In this document: positions 12,101 through 24,573 of the stretch, one piece after another
Layout of the letters: the number at the start of each line of letters is the position of its first letter
How positions within the stretch are numbered: position 1 is the stretch's first letter
Assembly (NCBI RefSeq): GCF_964194025.1
Contig: NC_134469.1
Span: 6,510,001 to 6,574,000 of the forward strand
Source: Convolutriloba macropyga
Lineage: Eukaryota
Direction: 5' to 3'
DNA: 64,000 nucleotides
The notes under the pieces: generated by a model
Databases searched by the model: none
What the model was told of the DNA's origin: nothing
The model's input: only the letters and a program-made list of their open reading frames with translations
Made by a program: the position numbers and the translations under genes

Positions 12101-15100
12101 TCGGGTTCGATTCCCCGCCAATGCAACCTATTATCTGCGCACCAAAAAATGCGCATATTATTACCAGAGAATAAGAGAGAAAAACGCGCACGCAGACAAC
12201 CACGCACGCAGAGCAAAATGCGCACGCAGAGAAAAATATATGATTCCAGAGGAGGTCCCTACCAGTACTTACAAGCATCGGTGATTCAGTCGTAGAATTG
12301 TCGCCTGCCACGCGATAGACTCGGGTTCGATGCCAGGCCGATGCAACTTGTTATCTGCGCACAAAAAATGCGCAAATTATTATCAGAATAGCAGAAAAAA
12401 ACGCGCACGCAGACGAAAACGCGCACGCAGAGGAAAAAGCGCACGCAGACAAAAACATAAGATTATAGAGTATGTCCCTACGTTTATTGTCAAGCATCGG
12501 TGGTTCAGTGGTAGAATTGTCGCCTGCCAAGCGATAGACACGTGTTCGATTCCCGCCCGATGGAACTTAATATCTGAGCACAAAAAATGCGGAAATTATT
12601 AGCAGAGAAAAACGCGCATGCAGACAAAAACACGCACGCAGGGAAAACTGCGCACGCAGAGAAAAATATGTCCCTGCGATTATTGTCAAGCATCGGTGGT
12701 TCAGTGGTAGCATTGTCGCCTGCCAAGTGATAGACCCGGGTTCGATACCCCGGATGCAACTTATTATCTGCGCACGAAAAATGCGCAAATTATTATCAGA
12801 GAATAGCAGATAAAAATGAGCACGCAGAGAAAAAAATATGATTGTAGAGTATGTCCCTATCAGTAATTTCAAGCATTGGTGGTTCAGTGGTAGCATTGTT
12901 GCCTACCACGTGATAGACTCGGGTTCGATTCCCCGCCAATGCAACTTATTATCTGCGCACCAAAAAATGCGCATATTATTATCAGAGAATAGCAGATAAA
13001 AACGCGCACGCAGACAAAACCACGCACGCAGAGCAAAATGCGCAGGCAGAGAAAAATATATGATTACAAGGGAGGTCCCTACCAGTACTTTCAAGCATCG
13101 GTGGTTCAGTGGTAGATCTGTCGCCTGCCACGCGATAGAACCGGGTTCGCGATAGACCCGGCCGATGCAATCTATTATCTGCGCATCAAAGCTTTTCTCC
13201 CACCCATACCCTACCTTTAGAGACCAATTGTCATAGCATGGCAAACAAGCGTATAAGCAGGCTAGAAGGATATATCAAGCGGTAAACAATAAGGGCCATA
13301 TAATTTGCAAAACAGCCCAAATTCTGATTCTTTTGCCCACGCAGAAAATGACAGAGAAAAATTCGCATGCAAAAAAGCGCACCCAGAGAAATATATCAAA
13401 AAAGAGTATGTCCCACAAAGTATCGTCAGGCATCAGTGGTTTAGTGGTAGAATTGTCTCCTGCCACGCGATAAACCCGGGTTCGATTCCCGGCAAATGCC
13501 ACTTATTATCTGCGCACAAAAAGTGCGCAAATTATTATCAGAGAATGGCAGAGAAAAACGCGCACGCAGACAAAACGCGCACGCAGAGGAAAATGCGCAC
13601 GCAGAGGAAAATGCGCACGCAGAGAAAAATATATCAATATAAAGTATGTCCCTACAAGTTTTGTCAAGCATCGGTGGTTGAGTGGTAGAATTGTCGCCTG
13701 CCACGCGATAGAACCTGGTTCTATTCCCGGCTGATGCAACTTATTATCTGCGCACAAAAACTGCGCAAAATTATTATGAAAGAATACCAGAGAAAAATGC
13801 GCAAACAGAGGAAAAATGCGCACGCAGAGAAAAATATATGATTATAGAGTATGTCCTTACCAGTATTGCCAAGCATCAGTGGTTCAAAGGTAGAATTGTC
13901 GACTGCCACGCGATAGACCCGGGTTCGATTCCTGGCCAATGCTACTTATTAACTGCGCACAAAAAATGCGCAAATTATTATCAGAGAATAGCAGAGGAAA
14001 ACGCGCACGCAGACAAAAACTCGCACGCAGACAAAAAAGCGCACGCAGAGGAAAATGCGCACGCAGAGAAAAATATATAATTATAGAGTATGTCCCTACA
14101 AGTTTTGTCAAGCATCGGTGGTTGAGTGGTAAAATTGTCGCCTGCCAGGCGATAGAACCGGGTTCTATTCCCGGCTGATGCAACTTATTATCTGCGCACA
14201 AAAACTGCGCAAAATTATTATGAAAGAATAGCAGAGAAAAATGCGGACACACAGGAAAAATGCGCACGCAGAGAAAAATATATGATTATAGAGTATGTCC
14301 CTACGAGTATTTTCAAGCATCAGTGGTTTAGTGGTAGAATTGCCGCCTAGAACTCGATAGACCCATGTTCGATTCCCGGCCGATGCAACTTATTATCTGC
14401 GGACGAAAAATGCGCAAATTATTATCAGAGAATAGCAGAGAAAAATGCGCACGCAGAGAAAAACGCGCACGCAAAGAAAAATATATGATTAGAGAGGATG
14501 TCCCTACCAGTACTTTCAAGCATCGGTGATTCCGTGGTAAATTTGTTGCCTGCCACGCGATATACCCGTGTTCGCATCCCGCCCGATGCAACTTAATATC
14601 TGCGCACAAAAAGTGCGCAAATTATTATCACAGAATAGCAGAAAAACGCGCACGCAGAGGAAAATGCGCACGCAGAGAAAAATATATGATTACAGAGTAT
14701 GTCCCTACGAGTATTGTCAAGCATCGGTGGTTAAGTGGTAGAATTGTCACCTGCCACGCGATAGACCCGGGCTCGATTTCCGCCCGCTGCAACTTAATAT
14801 CTGCGCACAAAAACTGCGCAAAATTATTATGACAGAATACCAGAGAAAAATGCGCACACAGAGGAAAAATGCGCACGCAGAGAAAAATATATCAATATAA
14901 AGTATGTCCCTACAAGTTTGGTCAAGTATCGGTGGTTCAGTGGTAGAATTGTCGCCTGCCACGCGATAGACCCGGGTTCGATTCCCGGCCCATGTAACTT
15001 ATTATCTGCGCACGATAAATGCGCAAATTATTATCAGAGAAAGGCAGAGAAAAACGCGCACGCAGACAAAACGCGCACGCAGAGGAAAATGCGCACGCAG

Positions 15101-16643
15101 AGGAAAATGCGCACGCAGAGAAAAATATATCAATATAAAGTATGTCCCTACAAGTTTTGTCAAGCATCGGTGGTTGAGTGGTAGAATTGTCGCCTGCCAC
15201 GCGATAGAACCTGGTTCTATTCGCAGCTGATGCAACTTATTATCTGCGCACAAAAACTGCGCAAAATTATTATGACAGAATACCAGAGAAAAATGCGCAC
15301 ACAGAGGAAAAATGCGCACGCAGAGAAAAATATATGATTATAGAGTATGTCCCTACGAGTATTTTCAAGCATCAGTGGTTCAGTGGTAGAATTGCCGCCT
15401 AGAACTCGATAGACCCATGTTCGAGTCCCGGCCGATGCAACTTATTATCTGCGCACGAAAAATGCGCAAATTATTATCAGAGAAAATGCGCACGCAGAGA
15501 AAAACGCGCACGCAGAGGAAAATGCGCACGCAAAGAAAAATATATGATTAGGATTAGAGAGGATGTCCCTACCAGTACTTTCAAGCATCGGTGATTCCGT
15601 GGTAAAATTGTCGCCTGCCACGCGATACACCCGTGTTCGCTTCCCGCCCGATGCAACTTAATATCTGCGCACAAAAAGTGCGCAAAATATTATCAGAGAA
15701 TAGCAGAAAAACGCGCACCCAGACAAAACGCGCACGCAGAGGAAAATGCGCACGCAGAGAAAAATATATGACTACAGAGTATGTCCCTACGAGTATTGTC
15801 AAGCATCGGTGGTTCAGTGGTAGAATTGTCGCCTGCCACGCGATAGACCCGGGCTCGATTCCCGGCCAATGCCACTTATTATCTGCGCATTAAAAATGCG
15901 CAAATTATTATCAGAGAATAGCAGAGAAAAACGCGCACGCAGACAAAACTCGCACGCAGAGTAAATGCGCACGCAGAGAAAAACATATGATTATAGAGTA
16001 TGTCCCTACAAATTTTGTCAGGCATCGGTGGTTGAGTGGTAAAATTGTCGCCTGCCAGGCGACAGAACCGGGTTCTATTCCCGGCTGATGCAACTTATTA
16101 TCTGCGCACAAAAATTGCGCAAAACAATTATGAAAGAAAAGCAGAGAAAAATGCGGACACAGAGGAAAAATGCGCACGCAGAGAATATATGATTATAGAG
16201 AATGTCCCTACGAGTATTGTCAAGCATCAGTGGTTCATTGGTAAAATTGTCGCCTGCCAAGCGATAGATCAGGGTTCGATTCCCGGCCGATGCAAAATAA
16301 TATCTGCGCACAAAAAATGCGAAAATTATTATCAGAGAATAGCAGAAAAACGCGCACCCAGACAAAAATGCGCACGCAGAGAAAAATTTATGATTACAGA
16401 GTATGTCCCTACGAGTATTGTCAAGTATCGGTGGTTCAGTGGTAGAATTGTCGCCTGCCACGCGATAGACCCGGGTTCGATTCCCGGCCCATGTAACTTA
16501 TTATCTGCGCACGATAAATGCGCATATTATTACCAGAGAATAGCAGAGAAAAACGCGCACGCAGACAAAACCGCGCACTCAGAGGAAAATGCGCAAGCAA
16601 AGAGAAATATGATTAGAGAGGATGTCCCTACCAGTACTTTCAA

Positions 16644-16716
16644 GCATCGGTGGTTCAGTGGTAAAGTTGTCGCCTGCCACGCGATAGACCCGGGTTCGAT
16701 AGACCCGGCCGATGCA
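16644..16716 (+). pseudogene. 73-nt tRNA-Gly variant with duplicated GATAGACCCGG (T-loop/B box disrupted), followed by the long spacer
   Basis: GCGATAGACCCGGGTTCGATAGACCCGGCCGATGCA. The same class occurs at 17811, ~19.4, ~20.5, 21521, 41862, 43436, 43992, ~44.75 and ~46.2 kb. Confidence 0.88.
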
Positions 16717-16977
16717 ATTATTATCTGCGCATCAAAGCTTTTCTCCCGCCCATACCTACCTTTAGAGACCAATTGTCATAGCATGGCAAATGGGCGTATA
16801 AGCAGGCTAGTAATCTATATCAAGCCGTAAACAATAAGGGCCATATAATTTGCCAACCAGCGCAAATTCTGATTCTTTCGCCCGCGCAGACAAAAATGAC
16901 AGAGAAAAATTCGCACGCAAAAAAGTGCACCCAGAGAAATATATCAATATAGAGTATGTCCCTACCAGTATTGTCAG
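16717..16977 (+). repeat. Representative long spacer (~260 bp) of the ~334-bp unit
   Basis: ATCAAAGCTTTTCTCCCGCCCATACCTACCTTTAGAGACCAATTGTCATAGCATGGCAAATGGGCGTATAAGCAGGCTAG.... Copies lie in 0-6.6 kb, at 13.2, 16.7-21.8 and 41.9-49.3 kb. Confidence 0.92.
16739..16742 (+). terminator. Putative Pol III oligo-T terminator at the start of the long spacer (equivalents at 13193, 17907, 41958, 42490, 49047)
   Basis: TTTT ~23 nt downstream of the tRNA 3' end. T4 is the minimal metazoan Pol III terminator. Confidence 0.6.
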
Positions 16978-17127
16978 GAATCGGTGGTTGAGTGGTAGAA
17001 TTGTCGCCTGCCACAAGATAGACCCGGGTTCATTTCCCGGCCAATGCAACTTATTATCTGCGCACGAAAAATGCGCAAATCATTATCAGAGAATAGCAAA
17101 GAAAAACGGGCCCCGAGGAAAATGCGC

Positions 17128-17165
17128 ACTCTATAATCATACTCTATAATCATATATTTTTCTCT
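17128..17165. other. Local 25-bp inversion of the leader plus a 13-bp duplication
   Basis: 17141-17165 ACTCTATAATCATATATTTTTCTCT is the reverse complement of the standard AGAGAAAAATATATGATTATAGAGT. ACTCTATAATCAT is repeated at 17128-17140. Confidence 0.92.
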
Positions 17166-20100
17166 ATGTCCCTACCAGTTTTGTCAAGCATCGGTTGTTC
17201 AGTGGTAGAATTGTCAACTGACACGCGATAGACCCGGGTTCGATTCCCGTCTGATGTAATTTATTATCTGCGCAAGAAAAATGCGCAAATTATTATCAGA
17301 GAATAGCAGAGAAAAACGCGCACGCAGAGAAAAATATATAATTATGAGTATGTCCCTACGCGTATTGTCAAGCATCGGCGGTTCAGTGGTCGACTTGTCG
17401 TCTGCCACGCGATACAACCGTGTTCGATTCCCGGCCGATGCAACTTAATATCTGCGCACAATAAATGCGCAAATTATTATCAGAGAATAGAGAAAAACGC
17501 GCACGCAGATGAAAATGCGTACGCAGAGAAAAAAATATGATTATAGAGTATGACCCTACGAGTATTGTCAAGCATCGGTGGTTCAGTGGTAGAATTGTCG
17601 CCCGCCACGCGATAGAACCGGGTTCGATTCCCGGACGAGGTATATTATTATCTGCGCACGATAAATGCGCATATTATTATCAGAGAGTAGCAGAGAAAAA
17701 TGCGCATGCAGAGAAAAACGCGCACGCAGACAAAACCTCGCACGCAGAGGAAAATGCGCACGCAAAGAAAAATATATGATTAGAGAGGATGTCCCTAACA
17801 GTACTTTCAAGCATCGGTGGTTCAGTGGTAAAATTGTCGCCTGCCACGCGATAGACCCGGGTTCGATAGACCCGGCCGATGCAACTTATTATCTGCGCAT
17901 CAAAGCTTTTCTCCCGCCCATACCTACCTTTAGAGACCAATTGTCATAGCATGGCAAATGGGCGTATAAGCACGCTAGTAAGCTATATCAAGCGGTAAAC
18001 AATAAGGGCCATATAATTTGCCAACCAGCTCAAATTCTGATTCTTTTGCCCGCGCAGACGAAAATGACAGAGAAAAATTCGCACCCAGAGAAATATATCA
18101 AAATAGAGTATGTCCCTACCAGTGTTGTCAAGCATCGGTTTTTCAGTGGTAGAATTGTCGCCTGCCACGCGACAGACTCGGGTTCGATTTCCGGCCGATG
18201 TAACTTATTATCTGCGCACGAAAAATGCGCAAATCATTATCAGAGAATAGCAGAGAAAAACGCGCACGCAGAGGAAAATGCGCACTCAGGAGAAAAATAT
18301 ATGATAATAGTGTCCCTGCCAATTTTGTCAAGCATCGGTTTTTCAGTGGTTAGAATTGTCGCCTGCCACGCGATAGACCCGGGTTCGATTCCCGGCCAAT
18401 GCAACTTACTATCTGCGCACGAAAAATGCGCAAATCATTATCAGAGAAACGCAGAGAAAAACGCGCACGCAGAGGAAAATGCGCACTCAGGAGAAAAATA
18501 TATGATAATAGTGTCCCTGCCAATTTTGTCAAGCATCGGTTTTTCAGTGGTTAGAATTGTCGCCTGCCACGCGATAGACCCGGGTTCGATTCCCGGCCAA
18601 TGCAACTTACTATCTGCGCACGAAAAATGCGCAAATCATTATCAGAGAATAGCAGAGAAAAACGCGCCGCAGAGGAAAATGCGCACTCAGAGAAAAATAT
18701 ATGATTATAGAGTATGTCCCTATCAGTTTTGTCAAGCATCGGTTGTTCAGTGGTAGAATTGTCGCCTGCCACGCGATAGACCCGGGTTCGATTCCCGGCT
18801 GATGTAACTTATTATCTGCGCACGAAAAATGCGCAAATAATTATCAGAGAATAGCAGAGAAAAACGCGCACGCAGAGAAAAATATATGATTATGAGTATG
18901 TCCCTACGCGTATTGTCAAGCATCGGTGGTTCAGTGGTCGAATTGTCGTCTGCCACGCGATACAACCGTGTTCGATTCCCGGACAATGCAACTTATTATC
19001 TGCGCACGAAAAAAGCGCAAATTATTATCAGAGAATAGAAAAAAACGCGCACGCAGATGAAAATGCTTACGCAGAGAAAAAAATATGATTATAGAGTATG
19101 ACCCTACGAGTATTGTCAAGCATCGGTGGTTAAGTGGTAGAATTGTCGCCTGCCACGCGAAAGACCCGGGTTCGATTCCCAGACGAGGTAACTTATTATC
19201 TGCACACGATAAATGCGCATATTATTATCAGAGAGTAGCAGAGAAAAATGCGCATGCAGAGAAAAACTCGCACGCAGACAAAACCGCGCACGCAGAGGAA
19301 AATGCGCACGCAAAGAAAAATATATGATTAGAGAGGATGTCCCTACCAGTACTTTCAAGCATCGGTGGTTCAGTGGTAAAATTGTTGCCTGCCACGCGAT
19401 AGACCCGGGTTCGATAGACCCGGCCGATGCAACGTATTATCTGCGCATCAAAGCTTTTCTCCCGCCCATACCTACCTTTAGAGACCAATTGTCATAGCAT
19501 GGCAAATGGGCGTATAAGCAGGCTAGTAAGCTATATCAAGCGGTAAACAATAAGGGCCATATAGTTTGCCAACCAGCGCAAATTCTGATTCTTTTGCCCG
19601 CGCAGACGAAAATGACGGAGAAAAATTCGCACGCAAGAAAGCGCACCCAGAGAAATATATCAAAATAGAGTATGTCCGTACCAGTATTGTCAGGAATCGG
19701 TGGTTGAGTGGTAGAATTGTCGCCTGCCACAAGATAGACCCGGGATCGATTCCCGGCCAATGCAACTTATTATCTGCGCACGAAAAATGCGCAAATCATT
19801 ATCAGAGAATAGCAGAGAAAAACGCGCACGCAGAGGAAAATGCGCACTCAGGAGAAAAATATATGATAATAGTGTCCCTACCAATTTTGTCAAGCATCGG
19901 TTTTTCAGTGGCAGAATTGTCGCCTGCCACGCGATAGACTCGGGTTCGATTCCCGGCCGATTTAACTTATTATCTGCGCACGAAAAATGCGCAAATTATC
20001 AGAGAATAGCAGGAAAAACGCGCACGCAGAAAAAAATATATGATTATAGAGTATGTCCCTACGCGTATTGTCAAGCATCGGTGGTTCAGTGGTAGAAATG

Positions 20101-22313
20101 TCGTCTGCAACGCGATACACCCGTGTTCGATTCCCGGCCGATGCAACTTAATATCTGCACACAACAAATGCGCGAATTATTATCAGAGAATAGCAGAGCA
20201 AAACGCGCACGCAGAGGAAAATGCGCACTAAGAGAAAAATATATGATTATAGAGTATGTCCCTTCCAGTCTTGTCAAGCATCGGTGGTTCAGTGGCAGAA
20301 TTGTCGCCTTCCACGAGCTAGACCCGGGTTCGATTCCCGGCCGATGCAACTTATTATCTGCGCATGATAAATGCGCATATTATTATCAGAGAATAGCAGA
20401 GAAAAATGCGCACGCAGAGAAAAACGAGCACGCAGACAAAACCGCGCACGCAGAGCAAAATGCTCACGCAAAGAAAAAATATGATTAGAGAGGATGTCCC
20501 TACCAGTACTTTCAAGCATCGGTGGTTCAGAGGTAAAATTGTCGCCTGCCACGCGATAGACACGGGTTTGATAGACCCGGCCGATGCAACTTATTATCTG
20601 CGCATCAAAGCTTCTCTCCCGCCCATACCTACCCTTAGAGACCAATTGTCATAGCATGGCAAATGGGCCTATAAGCAGGCTAGTAAGCTATATCAAGCGG
20701 TAAACGATAAGGGCCACCTAATTTGCAAACCAGCGCAAATTCTAATTCTTTTGCCCGCGCAGAAGAAAATGACAGAGAAAAATTCGCACGCAAAAAAGCG
20801 CACCAAGAGAAATAAATCAATATAGAGTTTGTCCCTACCAGTATTGTCAGGCATTGGTGGCTAAGTGGTAGAATTGTCGACTGCCACAAGATAGACCCGG
20901 GTTCCGTTCCCGTCCGACGAAACTTATTATCTGCGCACGAAAAATGCGCAAATTATTATCAGAGAATAGCAGAGAAAAATGCGCACGCAGAGAAAAACGC
21001 GCACGTAGACAAAAACGGGCACGCATAGCAAAATGCGCACGCAGAGAAAAATTTATGATTATAGAGTAAGTCCCTACCAGGTTTGTCAAGCATCGGTGGT
21101 TCAGTGGTAAAATTATCACCTGCCACGCGATAGACCCGGGTTCGACTCCCGGCCCATGCAACTTATTATCTGCGCACGAATTATTATCAGAGAATAGCAG
21201 AGAAAAACGCGCACAAAGAGCAAAATGCGCACGCAGAGAAAAATATATGATTATAGAGTATGTCCCTACGATTATTGTCAAGCATCGGTGGTTCAGTGGT
21301 AGAATTGTCGCCTGCCACGCGATAGACCAGGGTTCGATTCCCGGCCGATGCAACTTATTATCTGCGCACGATAAATGCGCATATTATTATCAGAGAATAG
21401 CAGATAAAAATGCGCACGCAGAGAAAAACCCGCACGCAGACAAAACCGCGCACGCAGAGGAAAATGCTCACGCAAAGAAAAATATATGATTAGAGAGGAT
21501 GTCCCCACCAGTACTTTCAAGCATCGGTGGTTCAGTGGTAAAAATGTCGCCTGCCATGCGATAGACCCGGGTTCGATAGACCCGGCCGATGCAACTTATT
21601 ATCTGCGCATCAAAGCTTTTCTCCCGCCATACCAACCTCTAGAGACCAATTGTCATAGAATGGCAAATGGGCGTATAAGCAGTCTAGTAAGCTATATCAA
21701 GCGGTAAACGATAAGGGCCACCTAATTTGCAAACCAGCGCAAATTCTAATTCTTTTGCCCGCGCAGAAGAAAATGGCAGAGAAAAATTCGCATGCAAAAA
21801 AGCGCACCAAGAGAAATATATCAAAATAGAGTATGTCCCTACCAGTATTTTCAGGCATCGGTGGTTCAGTGGTAGAATTGTCGACTGCCACAAGCTAGAC
21901 CCGGGTTCGATTCCCGGGCAATGAAACTTATTATCTGCGCACGAAAAATGCGCAAATTATTATCAGAGAATAGCAGAGAAAAACGCGCACGCAGACAAAA
22001 ACGCGCAAGCAGATGAAAATGCGCACCCAGAGAAAAATGAACTATTGAAGAGTATGTCCCTACCAGTTTGTCAAGCATCGGTGGTTCAGTGGTAGAATTG
22101 TCGCCTGCCACGCGATAGACCCGGGTTCGATTCCCGTCCGATGCAACTTATTATCTGCGCACGAAAAATGCGCAAATTATTATCAGAGAATAGCAGAGAA
22201 AGATGCGCACGCAGATAAAAACGCGCACGTAGACAAAAACGGGCACGCATAGGAAAATGCGCACGCAGAGAAAAATATATCATTATAGAGTAGGTCCCTA
22301 CCACGTTTGTCAA

Positions 22314-22384
22314 GCATCGGTGGTTCAGTGGTAGAATTGTCGCCTGCCACGCGATAGACCCGGGTTCGATTCCCGGCCGATGCA
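22314..22384 (+). tRNA. tRNA-Gly(GCC), array-consensus copy
   Basis: Cloverleaf: GCATCGG/CCGATGC, GTTC/GAAT, GTCGC/GCGAT with loop CTGCCAC, CCGGG/CCCGG with loop TTCGATT, discriminator A. Confidence 0.8.
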
Positions 22385-23094
22385 ACTTAATATTTGCGCA
22401 CGAAAAATTCGCAAATTATTATCAGAGAATAGCAGAGAAAAACACGCACAAAGAGGATAATACGCACGCAGAGAAAAATATATGATTATAGAGTATGTCC
22501 TTACGATTAATGTCAAGCATCGGTGGTTCAGTGGTAGAATTGTCGCCTGCCACGTGATAGACCCGGGTTCGATTCCCGTCCGATGCAACTTATTATCTGC
22601 TCACGAAAAATGCGCAAATTATTATCAGAGAATAGCAGAGAAAAATGCGCACGCAGATAAAGACGCGCACGTAGACAAAAACGCGCACGCAGACAAAACC
22701 GTGCACGCAAAGGAAAATGCGCATGCAAAGAAAAATATATGATTAGAGAGGATGTCCCTACCAGTGCTTTCAAGCACCGGTGGTTCAGTGGTAGGATTGT
22801 CGCCTGCAACGCGATAGACCCGGGTTCGACTCCCGGCCGATGCAACTTATTATCTGCGCACGATAAATGCGCAAATTATTATCAGAGAAAAGCAGAGAAA
22901 AACGCGCACAAAGAAGAAAATGCGCACGCAGAGAAAAATATATGATTATAGAATATGTCCCTACGATTATTGTCAAGCATCGGTTGTTCAGTGGTAGAAT
23001 TGTCGCCTGCCACGCGATAGACCCGGGTTCGATTCCCCTCCGATGCAACTTATTATCTGTGCACGAAAAATGCGCAAATTATTATCAGAGAATA

Positions 23095-23215
23095 GCAGAG
23101 AAAAATGCGCACGCAGATAAAAACGCGCACGTAGACAAAAACGCGCACGTAGACAAAAACGCGCACGCAGACAAAAACGGGCACGCATAGGAAAATGCGC
23201 ACGCAGAGAAAAATA
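23095..23215 (+). repeat. 18-bp spacer minisatellite GCAGA(G/C)AAAAA(C/T)GCGCAC, expanded example in a 275-bp unit
   Basis: Successive GCAGAGAAAAATGCGCAC / GCAGATAAAAACGCGCAC / GTAGACAAAAACGCGCAC x2 / GCAGACAAAAACGGGCAC / GCATAGGAAAATGCGCAC. Confidence 0.92.
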
Positions 23216-23251
23216 TATGATTATAGAGTAGGTCCCTACCACGTTTGTCAA

Positions 23252-23322
23252 GCATCGGTGGTTCAGTGGTAGAATTGTCGCCTGCCACGCGATAGACCCG
23301 GGTTCGATTCCCGGCCGATGCA
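23252..23322 (+). tRNA. tRNA-Gly(GCC), array-consensus copy
   Basis: Identical to the 71-nt consensus. Confidence 0.8.
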
Positions 23323-23690
23323 ACTTATTATTTGCGCACGAAAAATTCGCAAATTATTATCAGAGAATAGCAGAGAAAAACACGCACAAAGAGGATAATA
23401 CGCACGCAGAGAAAAATATATGATTATAGAGTATGTCCTTACGATTATTGTCAAGCATCGGTGGTTCAGTGGTAGAATTGTCGCCTACCACGCGATAGAC
23501 CTGGGTTCGATTCCCCGATGCAACTTATTATCTGCGCACGATAAATGCGCATATTATTATCAGAGAATAGCAGAGAAAAATGCACACGCAGAGAAAAACG
23601 CGCACGCAGACAAAACCGCGCACGCAAAGGAAAATGCGCATGCAAAGAAAAATATATGATTAGAGAGGATGTCCCTACCAGTGCTTTCAA

Positions 23691-23761
23691 GCATCGGTGG
23701 TTCAGTGGTAGGATTGTCGCCTGCAACGCGATAGACCCGGGTTCGACTCCCGGCCGATGCA
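23691..23761 (+). tRNA. Gly-scaffold tRNA-like gene with GCA (Cys) anticodon, representative
   Basis: All stems pair (D stem GTTC/GGAT with G:U), loop CTGCAAC, T loop TTCGACT. Related copies at 22774, 25016, 32586, 33917, 35212, 36078, 38396, 40980. Confidence 0.6.
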
Positions 23762-23892
23762 ACTTATTATCTGCGCACGATAAATGCGCAAATTATTATC
23801 AGAGAAAAGCAGAGAAAAACGCGCACAAAGAAGAAAATGCGCACGCAGAGAAAATATATGATTATAGAGTATGTCCCTACGATTTTTCTCAA

Positions 23893-23963
23893 GCATCGGT
23901 GGTTCAGTGGTAGAATTGTCGCCTGCCACGCGATAGACCCGGGTTCGATTCCCGGCCGATGCA
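23893..23963 (+). tRNA. tRNA-Gly(GCC), array-consensus copy
   Basis: Identical to consensus. Confidence 0.8.
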
Positions 23964-24131
23964 ACTTATTATCTGCGCACGATAAATGCGCAAATTATTA
24001 TCAGAGAATAGCAGATAAAAATGCGCACGCAGAGAAAAACCCGCACGCAGACAAAACCGCGCACGCAGAGGAAAATGCTCACGCAAAGAAAAATATATGA
24101 TTAGAGAGGATGTCCCCACCAGTACTTTCAA

Positions 24132-24202
24132 GCATCGGTGGTTCAGTGGTAGAATTGTCGCCTTCCACGCGATAGACCCGGGTTCGATTCCCGGCCGATG
24201 CA
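24132..24202 (+). tRNA. tRNA-Gly(TCC) produced by a single anticodon change
   Basis: Consensus except for loop CTTCCAC. Confidence 0.7.
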
Positions 24203-24334
24203 ACTTATTATTTGCGCACGAAAAATTCGCAAATTATTATCAGAGAATAGCAGAGAAAAACACGCACAAAGAGGATAATACGCACGCAGAGAAAAATGTA
24301 TGATTATAGAGTATGTCCTTACGATTATTGTCAA

Positions 24335-24405
24335 GCATCGGTGGTTCAGTGGTAGAATTGTCGCCTGCCACGCGATAGACCCGGGTTCGATTCCCGGCCG
24401 ATGCA
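24335..24405 (+). tRNA. tRNA-Gly(GCC), array-consensus copy
   Basis: Identical to consensus. Confidence 0.8.
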
Positions 24406-24573
24406 ACTTATTATCTGCGCACGATAAATGCGCATATTATTATCAGAGAATAGCAGATAAAAATGCGCACGCAGAGAAAAACCCGCACGCAGACAAAACC
24501 GCGCACGCAGAGGAAAATGCTCACGCAAAGAAAAATATATGATTAGAGAGGATGTCCCCACCAGTACTTTCAA

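Larger units (their letters stand above)
7100..13090 (+). repeat. 862/863-bp four-unit higher-order repeat, ~7 copies
   Basis: Equivalent tRNA variants start at 7319, 8182, 9044, 9907, 10769, 11631, 12494 and at 7743, 8606, 9468, 10331, 11193, 12055, 12873. The ORF track repeats with the same period. Confidence 0.95.

Noticed and set aside
4641-15445. Nonsense-suppressor anticodons suggested by CTATAAC and CTAGAAC loops
   Set aside because: Read in register, the anticodons are ATA and AGA, not CTA/TTA/TCA, and those copies are degenerate.
16746-16796. Structured ncRNA (5S, snRNA, SL) in the long spacer; CGCCCAT...ATGGGCG inverted repeat
   Set aside because: I recognise no known RNA family, and a 7-bp stem alone is insufficient. 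An Rfam cmscan would settle it.
23095-23215. Intrinsically bent DNA from phased A-tracts
   Set aside because: A-tracts recur every 18 bp, out of phase with the ~10.5-bp helical repeat.
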